A program made the translations under genes and the position numbers. Below are positions 1 to 13,500 of a stretch of DNA of 64,000 bases, piece after piece (positions within the stretch are counted from its first letter, which is position 1; every line of letters starts with the position of its first letter). The stretch is from Phoronis australis (lineage: Eukaryota; Animalia; Phoronida), in the NCBI GenBank assembly GCA_002633005.1, contig NMRA01000367.1:147457-211456 (forward strand), given 5' to 3'. Below the pieces are notes generated by a model. It had not been told where the DNA came from, did not search any database, and worked only from the letters and a program-made list of their open reading frames with translations.

Positions 1-792
1 TGGTCGGTCCCGCTGTTTGTGTGCAAAGTTCTGGTAGGCAATCGTGAAATGCCATCAAGTAACGAACTGCTTCAATATGCGTCTTGTTTTTATGGCAAAT
101 TCTCAAGCCCTTCTTTCTGGGGCTGAGTATGCGCATATCTATGAGTCACCTATCACTCGAATATGTTACTGCCAATGCAACTCCAGCGACTTAAGTGTGG
201 AACTCCCGCGTACACGACTAAGAAGCTGTACATCAAAAGAGAACAGCGACAGTTCTAAGTGAAAGAGTATATCAGCTCGCCTCTGTAAGTTTAAGCAGCC
301 CAGGGGTTTACTTGACAATGAACGTAGACCCCATGGGGTTATAAAAGACCAATGTTCCCCAGAACCGCAATGCTCTATTCTGATGTTCCTTGGCAAAATG
401 TTCCAATTCGTGCCCATAGCAAACTGTTAGCGACCTCTTTAGTCTTCCCTTCCTACATCCCACAATCGAATAGGGAGGGTGGCAAAACCACTGTCACATT
501 TCTTTGGCCTAATTTTTTGAAAATCTGTTTATCTAGTGCACTGCAGTCAGAAACTTAGTGCGACAGACAGCATCGCACAAAGCAGAGGTACTGATGCTGG
601 TGTGGTTCTTGAAGTGGGACCATGGAAAGAAAATAGAGTAACAAAGCATTCAAATATTATATTTTGAAATAAATCCATCAACTAATTTGTTACGTTATGT
701 AATATACTTCACATTGCCAAACCACCGCCTCAGAGACTGCTTGCACTCATTGTGTTGATGTGGATGAGCTTCCGTTGAATCCTGTGAAGCGT

Positions 793-993
793 CAGTTAGC
801 CACAGTGTCTGTAGCTGGTCAGTTGAAATGGTGAAGCTAGTACAGTTAGCCACAGTGTCTGTAGCTGGTCAGTTGAAATGATGAAGCTAGTACAGTTAGC
901 CACAGTGTCTGTAGCTGGTCAGTTAAATGATGAAGCTAATACAGTTAGCCACAGTGTCTGTAGCTGGTCAGTTGAAATGATGAAGCTAATACA
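793..993. repeat. Minisatellite, 50-bp unit x4
   Basis: cagttagccacagtgtctgtagctggtcagttgaaatgatgaagctagta. Confidence 0.95.
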
Positions 994-995
994 GG

Positions 996-1441
996 ATGTT
1001 CATACGTCGGAAGCTTTTGGGCGAATTATGCCTCACACCGATTAAAACATCAAAGTCAGGCTGTTCTACGTACCTTTTGCGCATAGAAGGACACCTTAGG
1101 AGGCCATCCATGTCTTTAATTCCTTCCAACTCGTACAAATACTCCGGTTATCAAACTTTTTATTCGAGCAGTCCCTCGTTCAGTTCCCAAAATTGGAAAC
1201 TGGCCATATTTACACAGCGCACATCAGGGGATACGACGTCATACCACCTGCCGTGCATAGTGTTAAAAATGGTCAGTTGTCAATTAGGAGAATGAAGGAC
1301 TGCTTAATGATAACGGGAATATTTGTTTGTGTTGGAATAATTAAAAGGTACTTATAATAACAAATCGACTTTAACAATCAGTTTGAGGCACAATTCACCG
1401 AAAAGCTTCCGGTGTATGAAGTACCTATAGGAGCTTCACTG
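996..1441. mobile_element. Palindromic MITE, terminus ...ctataggagcttcACTG (Tc1/mariner-like CAGTG end), copy 1
   Basis: Left arm ttcatacgtcggaagcttttgggcgaattatgcctcacac is inverse to right arm gtttgaggcacaattcaccgaaaagcttccggtgtatgaa; second copy at 6081-6430. Confidence 0.7.
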
Positions 1442-1568
1442 TCAGTAGTTCACGTGACGGTGGTCAATGTCTATCTCTATCGTACTGTATCGTAGTCGCT
1501 GGTTTGATTTTCGAGTCGGATAATCCTAACTAAAGAGTGTTATCAACCTCAAATAATTCGAAGAATTA

Positions 1569-2470
1569 GGCACTAGTCGGATATAATGGACCCTAACTTA
1601 TTCCAAATAAATCCACTAAATGTGGGTCTAAATGAATGATTTTGATATCGTTGCATTCCTCAGACATCTGGCTATCCGTACATATCCACCTTACAACCCT
1701 CAATTACTCCGTTCTATAACTACGCTATTCCGAACTCGGTCCACTTTAGCCACGCGCATTGTAAAATCGGCAGCCATTTCAGGGAACTTACTATACTTAG
1801 CGCCATCTATCGGCGATCTGCTACACCACGCGCTGTTCCTTTTTTATCAGTCAACGTCATTGGTCGATTTCGTCNGCTATCCGTACATATCCACCTTACA
1901 ACCCTCAATTACTCCGTTCTATAACTACGCTATTCCGAACTCGGTCCACTTGAGCCACGCGCATTGTAAAATCGGCAGCCATTTCAGGGAACTTACTGTA
2001 CCTAGCGCCATCTATCGGCGATCTGCTACACCACGCGCTGTTCCTTTTTTATCAATCAACGTCATTGGTCGATTTCGTCAATTATTAACGTCACCGTTAT
2101 TAATCATCGTACGTCTGCTCTCATCATCACCTTCGTCGTCTCTCTCACGATCGTATCTGTCATCGTCATGTTATCTCGTCCATGTTGACTGATGAAAAAA
2201 GAACAGCTACTGTTGTAGCAAATCACCGATAGATGGCGCTAGATATAGTAGGTTCCCTGAAATGGCTGACGATTGCATGATGCGCGTGGCTAAAGTGGAC
2301 CAAGTTCGGAATGGCGTAGTTATAGACTAGAATAATTGAGGGCCGTGAAAAGAATTTGTACAGATAGCCAGATGTCTGAGGAATGCAACGATACCAAAAT
2401 CATTCACTTAGACCTACATTTAGTGGATTTATTTGGAATAAGTTAGGGTCCATTATATCCGACTAGTGCC
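1569..2470. mobile_element. Foldback MITE with about 270-bp TIRs and TA flanks
   Basis: TA|ggcactagtcggatataatggaccctaacttattccaaataaatccac ... gtggatttatttggaataagttagggtccattatatccgactagtgcc|TA; the internal ~205-bp duplication straddles the n at 1876. Confidence 0.85.
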
Positions 2471-2597
2471 TACTAGTGTTTGCAAGCTACTAATCTAGGA
2501 AGTCAATTTCATTGAATTTGTGGAGAGTTACTTAAGAATTGTGTCGTCAAAGTGCAAGCTGTGACTGTCTACATTTGTGGGGTGAGATATAGCGCCT

Positions 2598-2697
2598 ATA
2601 GCGGTCCCTGGTTTAGAGAACCAGTTTCATCCACTTCGTAGGCCTAACGGGCCCGTTATTTAATGACTGCATGGTTCTTTAAATCCGGGACCGCTTT
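2598..2697. mobile_element. Short palindromic MITE-like element
   Basis: agcggtccctggtttagagaacca ... tggttctttaaatccgggaccgct. Confidence 0.55.
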
Positions 2698-3018
2698 ATC
2701 CAACCATGCAGTGCCAATGCCATTCAGTGCTTTCAGCATTTGAGGTTGATTGACGTCCTGTTGCTGAATGCTACCAATTCCCATTAATTAGTAATTTGCA
2801 ACAAAGGAGCATCATCGAGGCCTCTTTAACTTTGATTGTTTAGTTGTCGAATATTTGGCCCAATCAGTCAGCTCTACTAGTACCCAGTTGCTGTCAATGT
2901 ATGCAAATTTCCTATCGCCGTTGCTGTATTAATTATTATTATTATGCGAATATTTCTATGTTTCTAGATTCTCTTGTTTATAATGGCATCATTTCAACTA
3001 CTATTTCTTTCATTTCAG

Positions 3019-3670
3019 ATATATAACTATCCGATACACCACACCAACCAATGATGTGTTGTCAACGCCAGCCCAGTTGAGAAAGAAAGCCATCAAGGTT
3101 CTTGAACTTCTGTTCGACCTTAATCTCGAGGACAACCCTCTGTTTTTCCATGTCTTCAGTAATGGTGGTGGACAGCTATATCACTGTATTGTGGAACTCC
3201 TGTTGACAAGAAAAGAAAACAGAATGCTACAAGTCCACGGGACTATATTTGACAGCTGTCCATCAAAAAATCAGTTGCGTGTTGCAGGAGATGTCCTTAT
3301 GCATGGATATGATGCAGGATTTTGTAAAGCTTTGGCGTCATTTGTTATCAGCTTCTTTCTCAGTTGCTGGTTTGTTTTCCACTACATCTGGTGTTTGTTT
3401 TCCAAGAATAAAACGTGGAATATCCAACTGTGGGACTCCATTAGGGATCACCACTCGCGGTGGCCCCAACTGTTTCTGTATTCCAAGAAAGACAAATTAG
3501 TGAAGTATAGTGATATTGATGAGCTGGTAAAGTGCCGCACATCCCTTGGAGTGGATGTGAGCGCCACCTGTTGGGAGGATTCTGCCCATGTACAACATCT
3601 ACAGGCTCACGTAGAATCGTACACTCAGCAGTGTTTAAGTTTTGTAGACGACTGTACACCTAAATACTGA
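3019..3670 (+). CDS. TMEM53: TMEM53 (DUF829 alpha/beta-hydrolase-like nuclear envelope protein), terminal coding exon; upstream exons not found in window
   Basis: Acceptor tttcatttcAG at 3017-3018; translation YITIRYTTP...KAIKVLELLFDLNLEDNPLFFHVFSNGG...VHGTIFDSCP, hydrophobic segment, WPQLFLYSKKDKLV...WEDSAHVQHL, stop TGA 3668-3670. Motifs match the TMEM53 family as I recall it. Confidence 0.93.
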
Positions 3671-6080
3671 CTAATGTGTCTTGATAAGAAGTAATTGCAT
3701 GAGTTTTCTAACTTCGTGCTTTTTCATTTCACTTTGACAAGTTGCCTCCTCCTCGTTGCAACAAATTCAGTGCCTAGTTTTCTCCTGAGACGAGTGTTGC
3801 TCACTATAGTTGGGAATGCTCAGCCTTGGGTGGTATCAGAACTTCAGATTTTGAGCCTGACACCTCAGCAGGAGATGGTTAATATGCATCCCATTTGTTC
3901 AATTTGGTTGTGGCTATCCACTGTTAAATTTAAAATTCATGCATTCACAGTGACGTGACTAAGTTATTTTTACATTCATCTAAAGGAAATACATTTTAGC
4001 AACTTCGAAGTGAATGAAAAAATATGTTCACCTATGAGAGAAGTTACATTAATTTTTAAGAGTGTGCTATATGACTGCTTTGTGCAGAAACTTGACATCC
4101 CAGATGTTTACTTTGTGTAATGGAATTAGGCTTAACTCAATGCAGCTCTTTTGGCCGCAGGAGAAAACTTGGCTATGTGTTTGGTGTGAAGGGCTTTGCT
4201 GTGACCTGTGATACTGCAATTTTGCCGTGCATAAATGTGCAGTATTTTTCTTATCCATGAATAGTGATTTGAAAGTCCCCGTGGACATAATTCTGTATAA
4301 ATTTTCAGGCTGTTCTAAATCATGAAATTAGTCTGGATGCATGAACGAATAGAAAATTGGGCTTAGGACGAGGATGAAAAATTTGTTAGTAAATCGTGAA
4401 GTCAATAATTTTACAGTTTAGATAAAACTATTTTGCGACCTCCCTTCACTTCCCCCCACATAGCCATCTTGTTCTTATATTGTGTTGCTTTTAGATTTTT
4501 CCCTTTTTGGTAATATAGTACAAGAACATTCCACATATCATATGTCTAATATATTTTGGAAAACTTTACATTTTTATAAATTTTGGTTACTCTTGATGGA
4601 TGTGTATACAGATCTGCTTTTTTCAGTTGGACTGCTGAAACAGAGTTTGTTGAGTTTTATTTGTGATAAACAATTGTGTAGTACAACTCTTAAGTTGGGT
4701 AGAGGTACAGTGAAACTGGTATATGTCGGGTCCAATGGGTCTAGATTTTTTCTGGTGAGTCAAGTGAACTGTCTAGAAGTAACTACTATTGGAACTTTGA
4801 CTGAGTTTAAATAGAAGATCTGACTTTTTTGTGTTTGATTTTTTCCAGATTGACTCTTTTAAGTTGGCATTAATTACAAAAAGAAACTAAGATACTTTTT
4901 GTGGTCACATTTGGTCGATTCAAAGTCCGGCTTTTTGCTTCAAACTAAGCTTTTAAAAAGCCTCATCAATAACAATAGCCAGTTGATATGGTGAAGCGCT
5001 TAGTTTAGTATGAACCAAACAGTAAACTCCAGGGGTCGCTGGTGTAGCTGTACTACTGTAAAATCTCACCACTTTAGAACGCCACATGGCAGAGAAGTGA
5101 AATTTTATTTATTTTTTTTCATGAATGATAAGTAGCATATTAAGGCTTAAATGTCAGTTTTAACTTGCATACCACTGCTACCATCAAAACAAAGTTTTAA
5201 GAATCTCAAGGCATTCAATGTTTGGAGCCTTTGAAAATATTAAGAGCCAATTTTGGCAAAATTTTTGTCTGATATTGGTGAGATTATAGCATACTGCAGC
5301 TTCTGGGACTTCCGAACTTCATGGTCTTTCCTTTCACATGAATGAGTAGAGTTGCCTACTTATTCTGCTCACAAAGTAATCTGTTCCTATTTATGTGGAT
5401 GGCAGAATTATGTCTCTCACTTGGAGTAAGGTATTTCAGTATTACTTCCATTTTTGTGCTATGCACATTAAGCTCTTGCTCATATGATTTTCTACTTTGT
5501 TTTGAAAAATGTTTGTGCTGTTTTATTTTTTTCTTTTGCTTAATAAGATTAAGCTGCAGTGATGTTTTTATAAGAGTTTGTTGAGATTTACATTTTTAAC
5601 TCTTCTTAGCCGTGTTGTTGTTGACAAGTAATAATTAATTTCAAGTGGTATAGTGATATTTTTAGATTAACTGTTTTTATCAGTTTGTAGTTAGCACACC
5701 AACTTAGGGGCATAATGTCATGGTCGTAGACATCCAGTACTGTGATGTCTATGGTCATGGTGCTATAGTAAAATACTGCAGATTCAGTGTGCATGTGTGT
5801 CGAGTCCAGAAGCCTTTGTAGTTCTACTTTGAATTTTTATCCGTGGCTTCGTGCAGATGCTTCAAGCCATTTAGGGCTGTTCCAGTAAAATTCGTGTGGG
5901 AGGGGGGGNCTGACACATCAGCCAATCAGCGATCGCTTTCAGAATTCAGTGTTTTGACCATGAATACGAATTGGCTTTTGTTTGGCATGCAAGTCAGGCA
6001 AATGTGAGTTTTATTTGTATGTTAGAACCGATTAACTGCAACATTATTTTGACTACAGTCCCCTTTTAAGAGACTGTCAA

Positions 6081-6430
6081 TGTATTTAATTCCTTCCAAC
6101 TCAAAGAAATACTCCCGTTATCAAACTTTTTCTTCGAGCAGTTCCTCGTTCAGTTACCAAAATGGAAAACTCTTTTAACATAATGTTACATTGCGCGTGT
6201 CAGGTAATATGACATCAGTGTGCCTAGTGTAAAAATGGCGAGTTACCGAAGGTTTGATAACAGGAGTATTTCTTCAAGTTGGAAGGAATTAAATACATCA
6301 GCGGCCTCCTAAGACGTCCTTCTATGCGCAAAAGCTATTTATTACAACATGACTTTGATGTTTTAGTCAGTGTGAGGCATAATTCACTGAAAAGCTTCCG
6401 GCATATGAAGCTCCTATAGGAACTCCACTG
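6081..6430. mobile_element. Palindromic CAGTG-ended MITE, copy 2 (same family as 996-1441)
   Basis: tttaattccttccaactc...ttatcaaac / gtttgataac...gttggaaggaattaaa; ends ctataggaactccactg. Confidence 0.75.
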
Positions 6431-7406
6431 TCTCTACTGGGCCAGCTAGAGATGGTGATCACTGTCTACCTGGCCTTCATGCAGCGTACATCCAAATAAC
6501 ACGCTGGGAAGGAGCCCAATTTATCATTTGGATGCCCACTGTCAATCAGAATATCTCCAGTTTGCTCACCCACATTGTAAGATTACCAGGACTCCCAGTT
6601 AATGAAAGATGGGTGATAGTTTCAGAGATAAGTGTTGGCCCTTTCAACTACGAATTCTTGCAAATGTTCCAACTGCCTCCAAAGGTGTCCAACTTGGCTA
6701 AAAAGATGCATATATAGTAACATGACTTTGATAGTTCGGCAAGGGTTTAGCATAACATTGAGAAAATCTTCTGGCATACAGGATTGATTAAGATATGACA
6801 CTGCCTATATGTGTAGGCTTTTTGTTTCGCTTTCAGAAGTACCACGTCTAACATTTTCCAAGCTTTGAAATGTAACTTTTAACGGTCATTTTTGCTGCTT
6901 TCAGAAGTACCTTGTCAATTGTTTCCAAGTCACAGGAAACGTGTTTTTCAAAAGAAAGGCTAGTCCTTAGGCTAGTCCATTGGCTAGTCCACTGAAAATT
7001 TTCCTAGTCGTGAAATATGGCATTTGGCATCCATGCAGAAGTACGCGTTTGACATTTTCCAGCTCCTAAAATGTATTCTTTTAATGGCCATTTGTGTTAC
7101 TTTCGGTGCCGTTGATGAAATGCTTCCAAAGATCAGTGAGACTTTAAGAGAGACCTTGATATTTTTCCTCATACCTCTCAATTTTACCAGTAGGCACCCC
7201 CTGGTATTTGCTGTCAGTACACTCTGAGGGTCATGTCAGACTGACCCTCTCCCCATCTAATCTTAAGCATGTGTACTGATTAGTCATCTTCATTGGTCAT
7301 AGCTCGGACATCAGATTGTTTGTAGGTTGTTGATATCTGTCCCAGATGTATAGAAGCTTTCTAACATGTATTACAGTTGAGTTGCAGAGTTAACTTTATG
7401 TTTCAG

Positions 7407-7509
7407 TTCTTCAGTTTGAACATGTCTATCTTGATCAGCTTCCTAATGTTGAAGCCTATGAGAAGAGTTTCATGCACAGAGACGTCATAACACACCTGGT
7501 GGTGACAAA
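7407..7509 (+). CDS. PPWD1: PPWD1 exon (first visible, phase-1 start)
   Basis: (V)[34 protein letters not shown]; tttcAG / GTaagt. Confidence 0.93.
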
Positions 7510-10500
7510 GTAAGTAGACCTATTGTTTTTAAAGGCCAGTGTTATGTTAAGTAAGTTGACTGAGGAGGACTGTGTTATGTTAAGTAGACTTACTGTTAGA
7601 GGAGGACAGGGTTATGTTTAGACATAGTGTTTGAGGGGGCATTTCAAAACAACATTTTGAGATGTTGGGGGGGAGGTAGGCGTTGAAACTTGAAGTACCT
7701 TAATGATCAGTATGGGTAAACACGTCAGACACTGCTACAAGAGCCAAACTGGGGATTTGTCGTTATTCTGTGTTGGTAGCTAGATGGACATTCATAAAGA
7801 CATAGACACTCCCAGGGCATGTTACATGCTGTAACAGAACTTTTTTGTTCTGTCTCAAGACTTAAATTTGTTTTCTATTAATTAAGGACAAACTTCATTG
7901 TGACAGCTAGTTGTGATGGACACGTGAAATTTTGGAAGAAAAATGAAGACGAAGGCATTGAGTTTGTTAAACACTTCCGCAGTCACTTGGGTGAGTAGTA
8001 CAATTAGTGTGAATACATCGAGTTGTATTAAACACTTTTGCTGTTTCTGGGGTGCATTATTTGTGAGAATCATCAAGTAAAGATGACAACATTGTGTTTG
8101 TCACATGACTTTGTGTACTCTAGTAGCACATTGGCTCTGAATACTCCTTAAACAATTTTATTTTTTACTTTAAGTTTGTATCTGTATCTTTGGAGTTCCT
8201 TGAGTGTTTTTCATAAAATTGGGCAAACCAGTCTCTGTTATGAAGGTGACAGCATCTCTCCAATTGACCTTGCGCCAGAAAATGAATGACAGGTGTGATT
8301 GACCAATCAGAATGCTGCATTCCGGACATCCCTCCAGACTACAGTTCAAGTCGCCATCTTGTCCGACAAGCATTAGCGGCTGTAGGACAAAACACGTTCA
8401 ACTACAATGTGCATTTTAAATGGCCAAGAGGTGCTGGTGTGGTGTGTGTAATTCAGACAGTCGTTATATCGACAGAGATGAAAATCCTGTCAATTTTTGT
8501 CCTTTTCCGAAGCCTAAAAGTGACGTTGTAAGGAGCAAACGGTGGATTACTTAAACTGTGTGTACTCCCACTCGAGCAGCCCTAACCCGTCAACTTTGTT
8601 TGACCACTCGAAAGCTAAACACAAGTGTGTTCTAAAGTATGCACTATTTTTGATATTTCTTCCCAATATTGAATTTTTAGCTCTGGATTACAGTCTTTGT
8701 TAAGTGTGTGACCCACCGCCTCTGCGATCACTTTCTGGTTCATTATAACCACATGACAACCATAGCGCTGACGAAAACGAGTTAAAATATAGCCAATCAT
8801 AAGTCAAAATGCATTGCATGCCTATCTACTTACTTATTAGAGGCTCTTACATCTATACTGACTGTGAGTGTTGTTATAGGCCTATTCCTATTCCTTCTTA
8901 ACTCCTCCGTCTTGGCCCTGTCGACTGGCTCGTGACTGTTATTATCTTGACAAAGATTGCCAGTAAAAGCCAAAGTGAAGGATTGAAAACTTTATTATGA
9001 ACATCAGAGAAAATACACATTAATTACTGAAAAAGTAGCATTTTGGCGCTACGCCGTGGCACTACAGAAACAGCAAGCACGTACTGAGTAAATACGCAGT
9101 GCCCGTATTAGTGGTTGACATGTACGTAGTATGTAACTCAGATATAAAACAACAGATTCATAGGCAACATTCTGCAGTCGCTTTGTTTAGTCTGTCTTCA
9201 GAGGTCATGATCACGGTCACCACTCAAGTACTGACCGGGTTAGGCTGGTGTCGCTTCATCAAAATCACTACCTTTGAAATGTTAATTTGAATGGTTACAG
9301 TGGGACTCCGAATTTCGACTTGTTACATGTGTCTGTCACGGCGCCGGCTCGACCATCGGCGATCACTGCCGGGACACGAAATTTTCGGCTAAACTGTCAC
9401 AGTTACAGCTCAGTAGGTTTCTTGATCCCCTAAATATTTTAGTAAAACGTTCGTTTTGCTTTGAGGGAAGAATTGTTATTCATTAAGGATTTTTACTAAT
9501 CATTTTTATCTGAATTCGTGCAGTTTTTCTCGACGCTGATGTCAACTCTATGAGACTCGTAGGATTTGCGTTGACTTCTGAAACATCCGTGGGAGGTTTA
9601 TATGTCAGGTGTCCTCGACGTAAATCTTCACTCCATTCCCGTGGGAACCTTTCCTGAAGGCTGTTGCCTTTTATCTTTGTCATGGCGAGATTCATAGGGA
9701 AGATAATGTTTGCCAAAGTCTGCATGAATATCAGCTCGCTCACCGGTCTTGCTTGATGAAGACATCCTCTAATGTCGGATTTCCGCATCACGTGACATCA
9801 TAGGCGGAGCGATCTTCTGCTGGCGTAAGGTCAATTTGGGATGGATTTGACGTATTCTGCACCATTTAATGGCCATTTTCATGATACGAAAAAATCATCT
9901 AAGATGCACACCATTTGCATTGCAGTCATGAGCGCATTTCAAGGCTCTGCGTTGCTCTGGTTTGGATATGACTTTTTGTCCAAAAACCCCATCTGCTAAA
10001 TATTTACTGGATTTGTTTTCAGAAATCTCATCAGTACTGATTTTCTTACATTATGCTTTACAGTTCCAATTTAAAACTAGATAACGTTGCAAAGCATGTG
10101 AGACATGTCCTCATTACAATGTGACACGTACAAGTTTATAATCTTTGCATCGTCATTGATATCATGTGGTTAATCATTGTTTACTCAAACTATGTCCTTG
10201 CTGTGGTCGTCATGGTCATCATTAGTGTTGCCATTGGTGTCACAACCATTGTCTTCATCATTAGTGTTGCCATTGGTGTCACAACCATTGTCTTCATCAT
10301 CGTCATCAGCCTTCGCCATGTGTCATTCTTCAAAACAATTTCATTTGAAACTTGAATGACGCTTTGTGGATGACCAACCTTTAATATCACTGACAATCAA
10401 CCTCTCCTGAACAGGTGAGATTTGAACAAATTCTGGGGAGCGACATTTTTATGAAAATTCATAAACCCATGCAGTTGTAGCTAAGGCCATCTTAGATTTT

Positions 10501-13500
10501 TACTGACACATATTTATGAAGATGGTTGTGAACAGGGACTATAGCTGTGTATTGTGCAGTCTTGTTCTTATGACAAACACAAACATCACTAAAAGTATGT
10601 TACAGGCAGTGTGATGGACATGGTGGCCAGTGTAAATGGAGAGTTGATGTGCACAATATCAGATGATAAAACTATGAAAGTGTTTGAAGTTGTCAACTTT
10701 GGTAAGTACTTGTTTAATGAAGATCTCAATGTGGCTGTAACAAAATGAATACATTATTTCGTGTTTTAACTTGTACCAAGACTAAAGAGCATTTATCAGT
10801 TTTAGTCTTTAAGTACAAATACCAGATTTTTGGTGTTTTGAAAGTTGACAATGTCCAACACTCTTCTTTTCAGCTGAATCACCTTTTGTGATCAGCTTCT
10901 GAATTCTCTCAATCGTATCAAAAAATAAGACTCGTGATTTTTGTCCAAAAAACTGTAAAGTTGTATAAAATAAAATGATAGCTTACAATTATAGAAAACT
11001 GTTACAGTGTTTTTGAGAGTTCATTATGAACAGGTATATGATTGGTCACGTTATTGCTACTGCAGTTTGGCTATGGATGTACCTTTTTTACTAAATTTTA
11101 CTAACTGTAAGATTAGTGGCAGGTTGGTATTAATTAAGAAATCTACAGGTTGTATTTTCAGAAAATATGTAATTATACTGACACTGAGAGAAAGCCCGTC
11201 TTGTTATTTTAGATGTATTGCACTAAGCAGATAGTCGTAGCAAAGTCTTATCAAAATAAGAAAATGCAAGACAGTTTAAGCACTCGAATGTAGGTCCATC
11301 AAATGATAGGTGAAGTTGCCTTTTCATGCCATGGTGTGTCACCATGAGAACCCAGCACAAACAACAGAAGGTCGATAGCAGTGTATTAAATAGGGGTCTG
11401 AATGGAACACCTTTGTGTGAGGGTGTTGTTTGCAGCTGTTTGAATTTAAAAAATGATTCTCACTTTGAAGTAGACAAAAGCAAGCCAGTAAGCCGTAACA
11501 TTACATTTGGCAATTTATGGCACTTGTAGGCTCAGAGGAATACCCTTGGGAATCAATTTGCAGGTGTTACTATTCAAGTTGGACTTTAAAGTCTGTTGGT
11601 TTGTAGATATGCATAGCGTTGTCGATACAGCCCTACATAACATTAACAGTGAAGTATTCGCTGAGTTTTACGTCAAATGCACCAGCGTGTCCTTTCTAGT
11701 TTACCGGGAACATATGAGCGCTAATGACAAATAACAGATGAACAGTTTACTGGTGTTATTGGTATTGGGAATTTGTACGCCAAGTAATGAAATACTTAGC
11801 ATTGACCCTGGAATTTATTTATTCTATTAAGGCCATTATAAGAAATGGAAGGTCTTGTTTAACGAAACTTAACTTCATTAAATTTTCTGTTAATTCCTGA
11901 AAAATGTTTTTTATGTGCAAGTTCCCACAGGCCAAGTATGAATCAGACTTGATTACTACAAGACAGTAAACAAAAATCAAGACTACTGTATTCGCCCTAA
12001 TAACCACCCATGCCCCTATAAGCGCCCCCCACGTGTTTTCAGACTGCCAAAATAAGCGCCCAGCCCATGAAGGTGTACGTGCGAAAAAATGCCTTACCTA
12101 GAGTCCTAAAATTCTACAGTAACGTCTTCAATTTATCAATAATATCTGACAATCCTGAAAAAATCATTATGTGCAGAATTTGTAGACCACAAGCCTCGCC
12201 GCTATGTCGGTACTTGGCTGTGATTATACATTCCAAACGTCCGCCATGCTTAAAAATGAACACAAAAGTTTTGCTGATCTTGCGTGGAATGTGTCCCACT
12301 GTGGTCTGGCCTTTCAGAACAGACGTAGTGTACTTGTCAACGGGATTGTAATTGTAGATATTTCCCGCCCTCTACAGGAATCCAAATTTCTTTTCACACG
12401 TGAAAACCCGGCGCGAATCAAAGACTAGTAAAAACCTTGGCCAGCATTAAAAGCACATGGCCAGGAAGCACACGCTATATGCATGTACTTGTCATCAAAG
12501 ACATTAATCGGGAACTATCCGTTCATGAAACGGGTAGCATAGCATCGGCAAGAAATGAATATTGACACTAATTTCCGACAGTTTCTAATACTATAAAAGA
12601 TGGGATTGTTTGATTAACCATAATTGGTGTTTTGAAGCTTAATAGCCGATAAAATGACCACTGACAGTGAATGCTTACACACCCTTACACCGAAAAATAA
12701 CCATCAGATAGTCACGTACGCATCCAGCCACACGGCAACTAATATGGGCCTTACTGAGACTAATATCGAACGTTTTTAGCACACGAGACCAGCAAGTGCT
12801 GAATGAAACACGTTCTGCTTTAGGCCTAGTGCTTACACTAATTTCTTTAAATACAATGCACATCTAGCTCACTAGATACAATGCACATCTAGCTCACTAG
12901 ATACAATGCTCATCTAGCTCACTAGATACAATGCACATCTAGCTCACTAGATACAATGCACATCTAGCTCACTAGATACAATGCACATCTAGTTCACTAG
13001 ATACAATGCACATCTAGCTCAATAGATACAATGCACATCTAGCTCAATAGATTGAGTTTGCTCCGGCAAATGAACTCTGGTGACACGCACGCATTCGCTT
13101 ACTCACACGCACTGAACTTCAAAATAAACATCATGTGACAACAACATGTCTGTTCATCCAGACATTTTTCTTGTGTTGGTGATCATAGATGGCACGATGT
13201 AGCACAAATTTGTACTTAACCTGCCGTTAAACCCGATGCCACAGGAACTTAAAAATCATAGGGACGTTATCTGGAAAACTTAAGGAGGATTTCATGTAAT
13301 TTGCTTGAGTCGAAACTGTATTTTTATTCAAGCATTCAAGTCACCATATCGACGATTGCGTGGCAGTCAGTCAGCGAGTTTTCGCCCTGGGATTTCAGCA
13401 TAGTTTTCTGTAAAATGATCGTAAATTAACAGCAAAGTTTGATAGCAATGCACCACAATTTTGTAGAAAGTCTGCCATAGGTTACAGATACGTCACTGTG

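Noticed and set aside
1671-2079. ~205-bp direct duplication and the 186-aa ORF 1632-2192
   Set aside because: The copies meet at an n (1876), typical of overlapping contig ends, and the ORF lies in a MITE with no recognisable domain.
6532-6717. ORF with NERW...VGP...LAKK, faintly like the PPWD1 N-terminus
   Set aside because: Motif spacing is wrong, there is no phase-1 donor after a KKRK-like end, and the frame closes at a stop; treated as chance similarity.
9483-9791. 102-aa minus-strand ORF in a PPWD1 intron as a nested gene
   Set aside because: No recognisable domain or exon structure; lies in CpG-rich repeat-like sequence.
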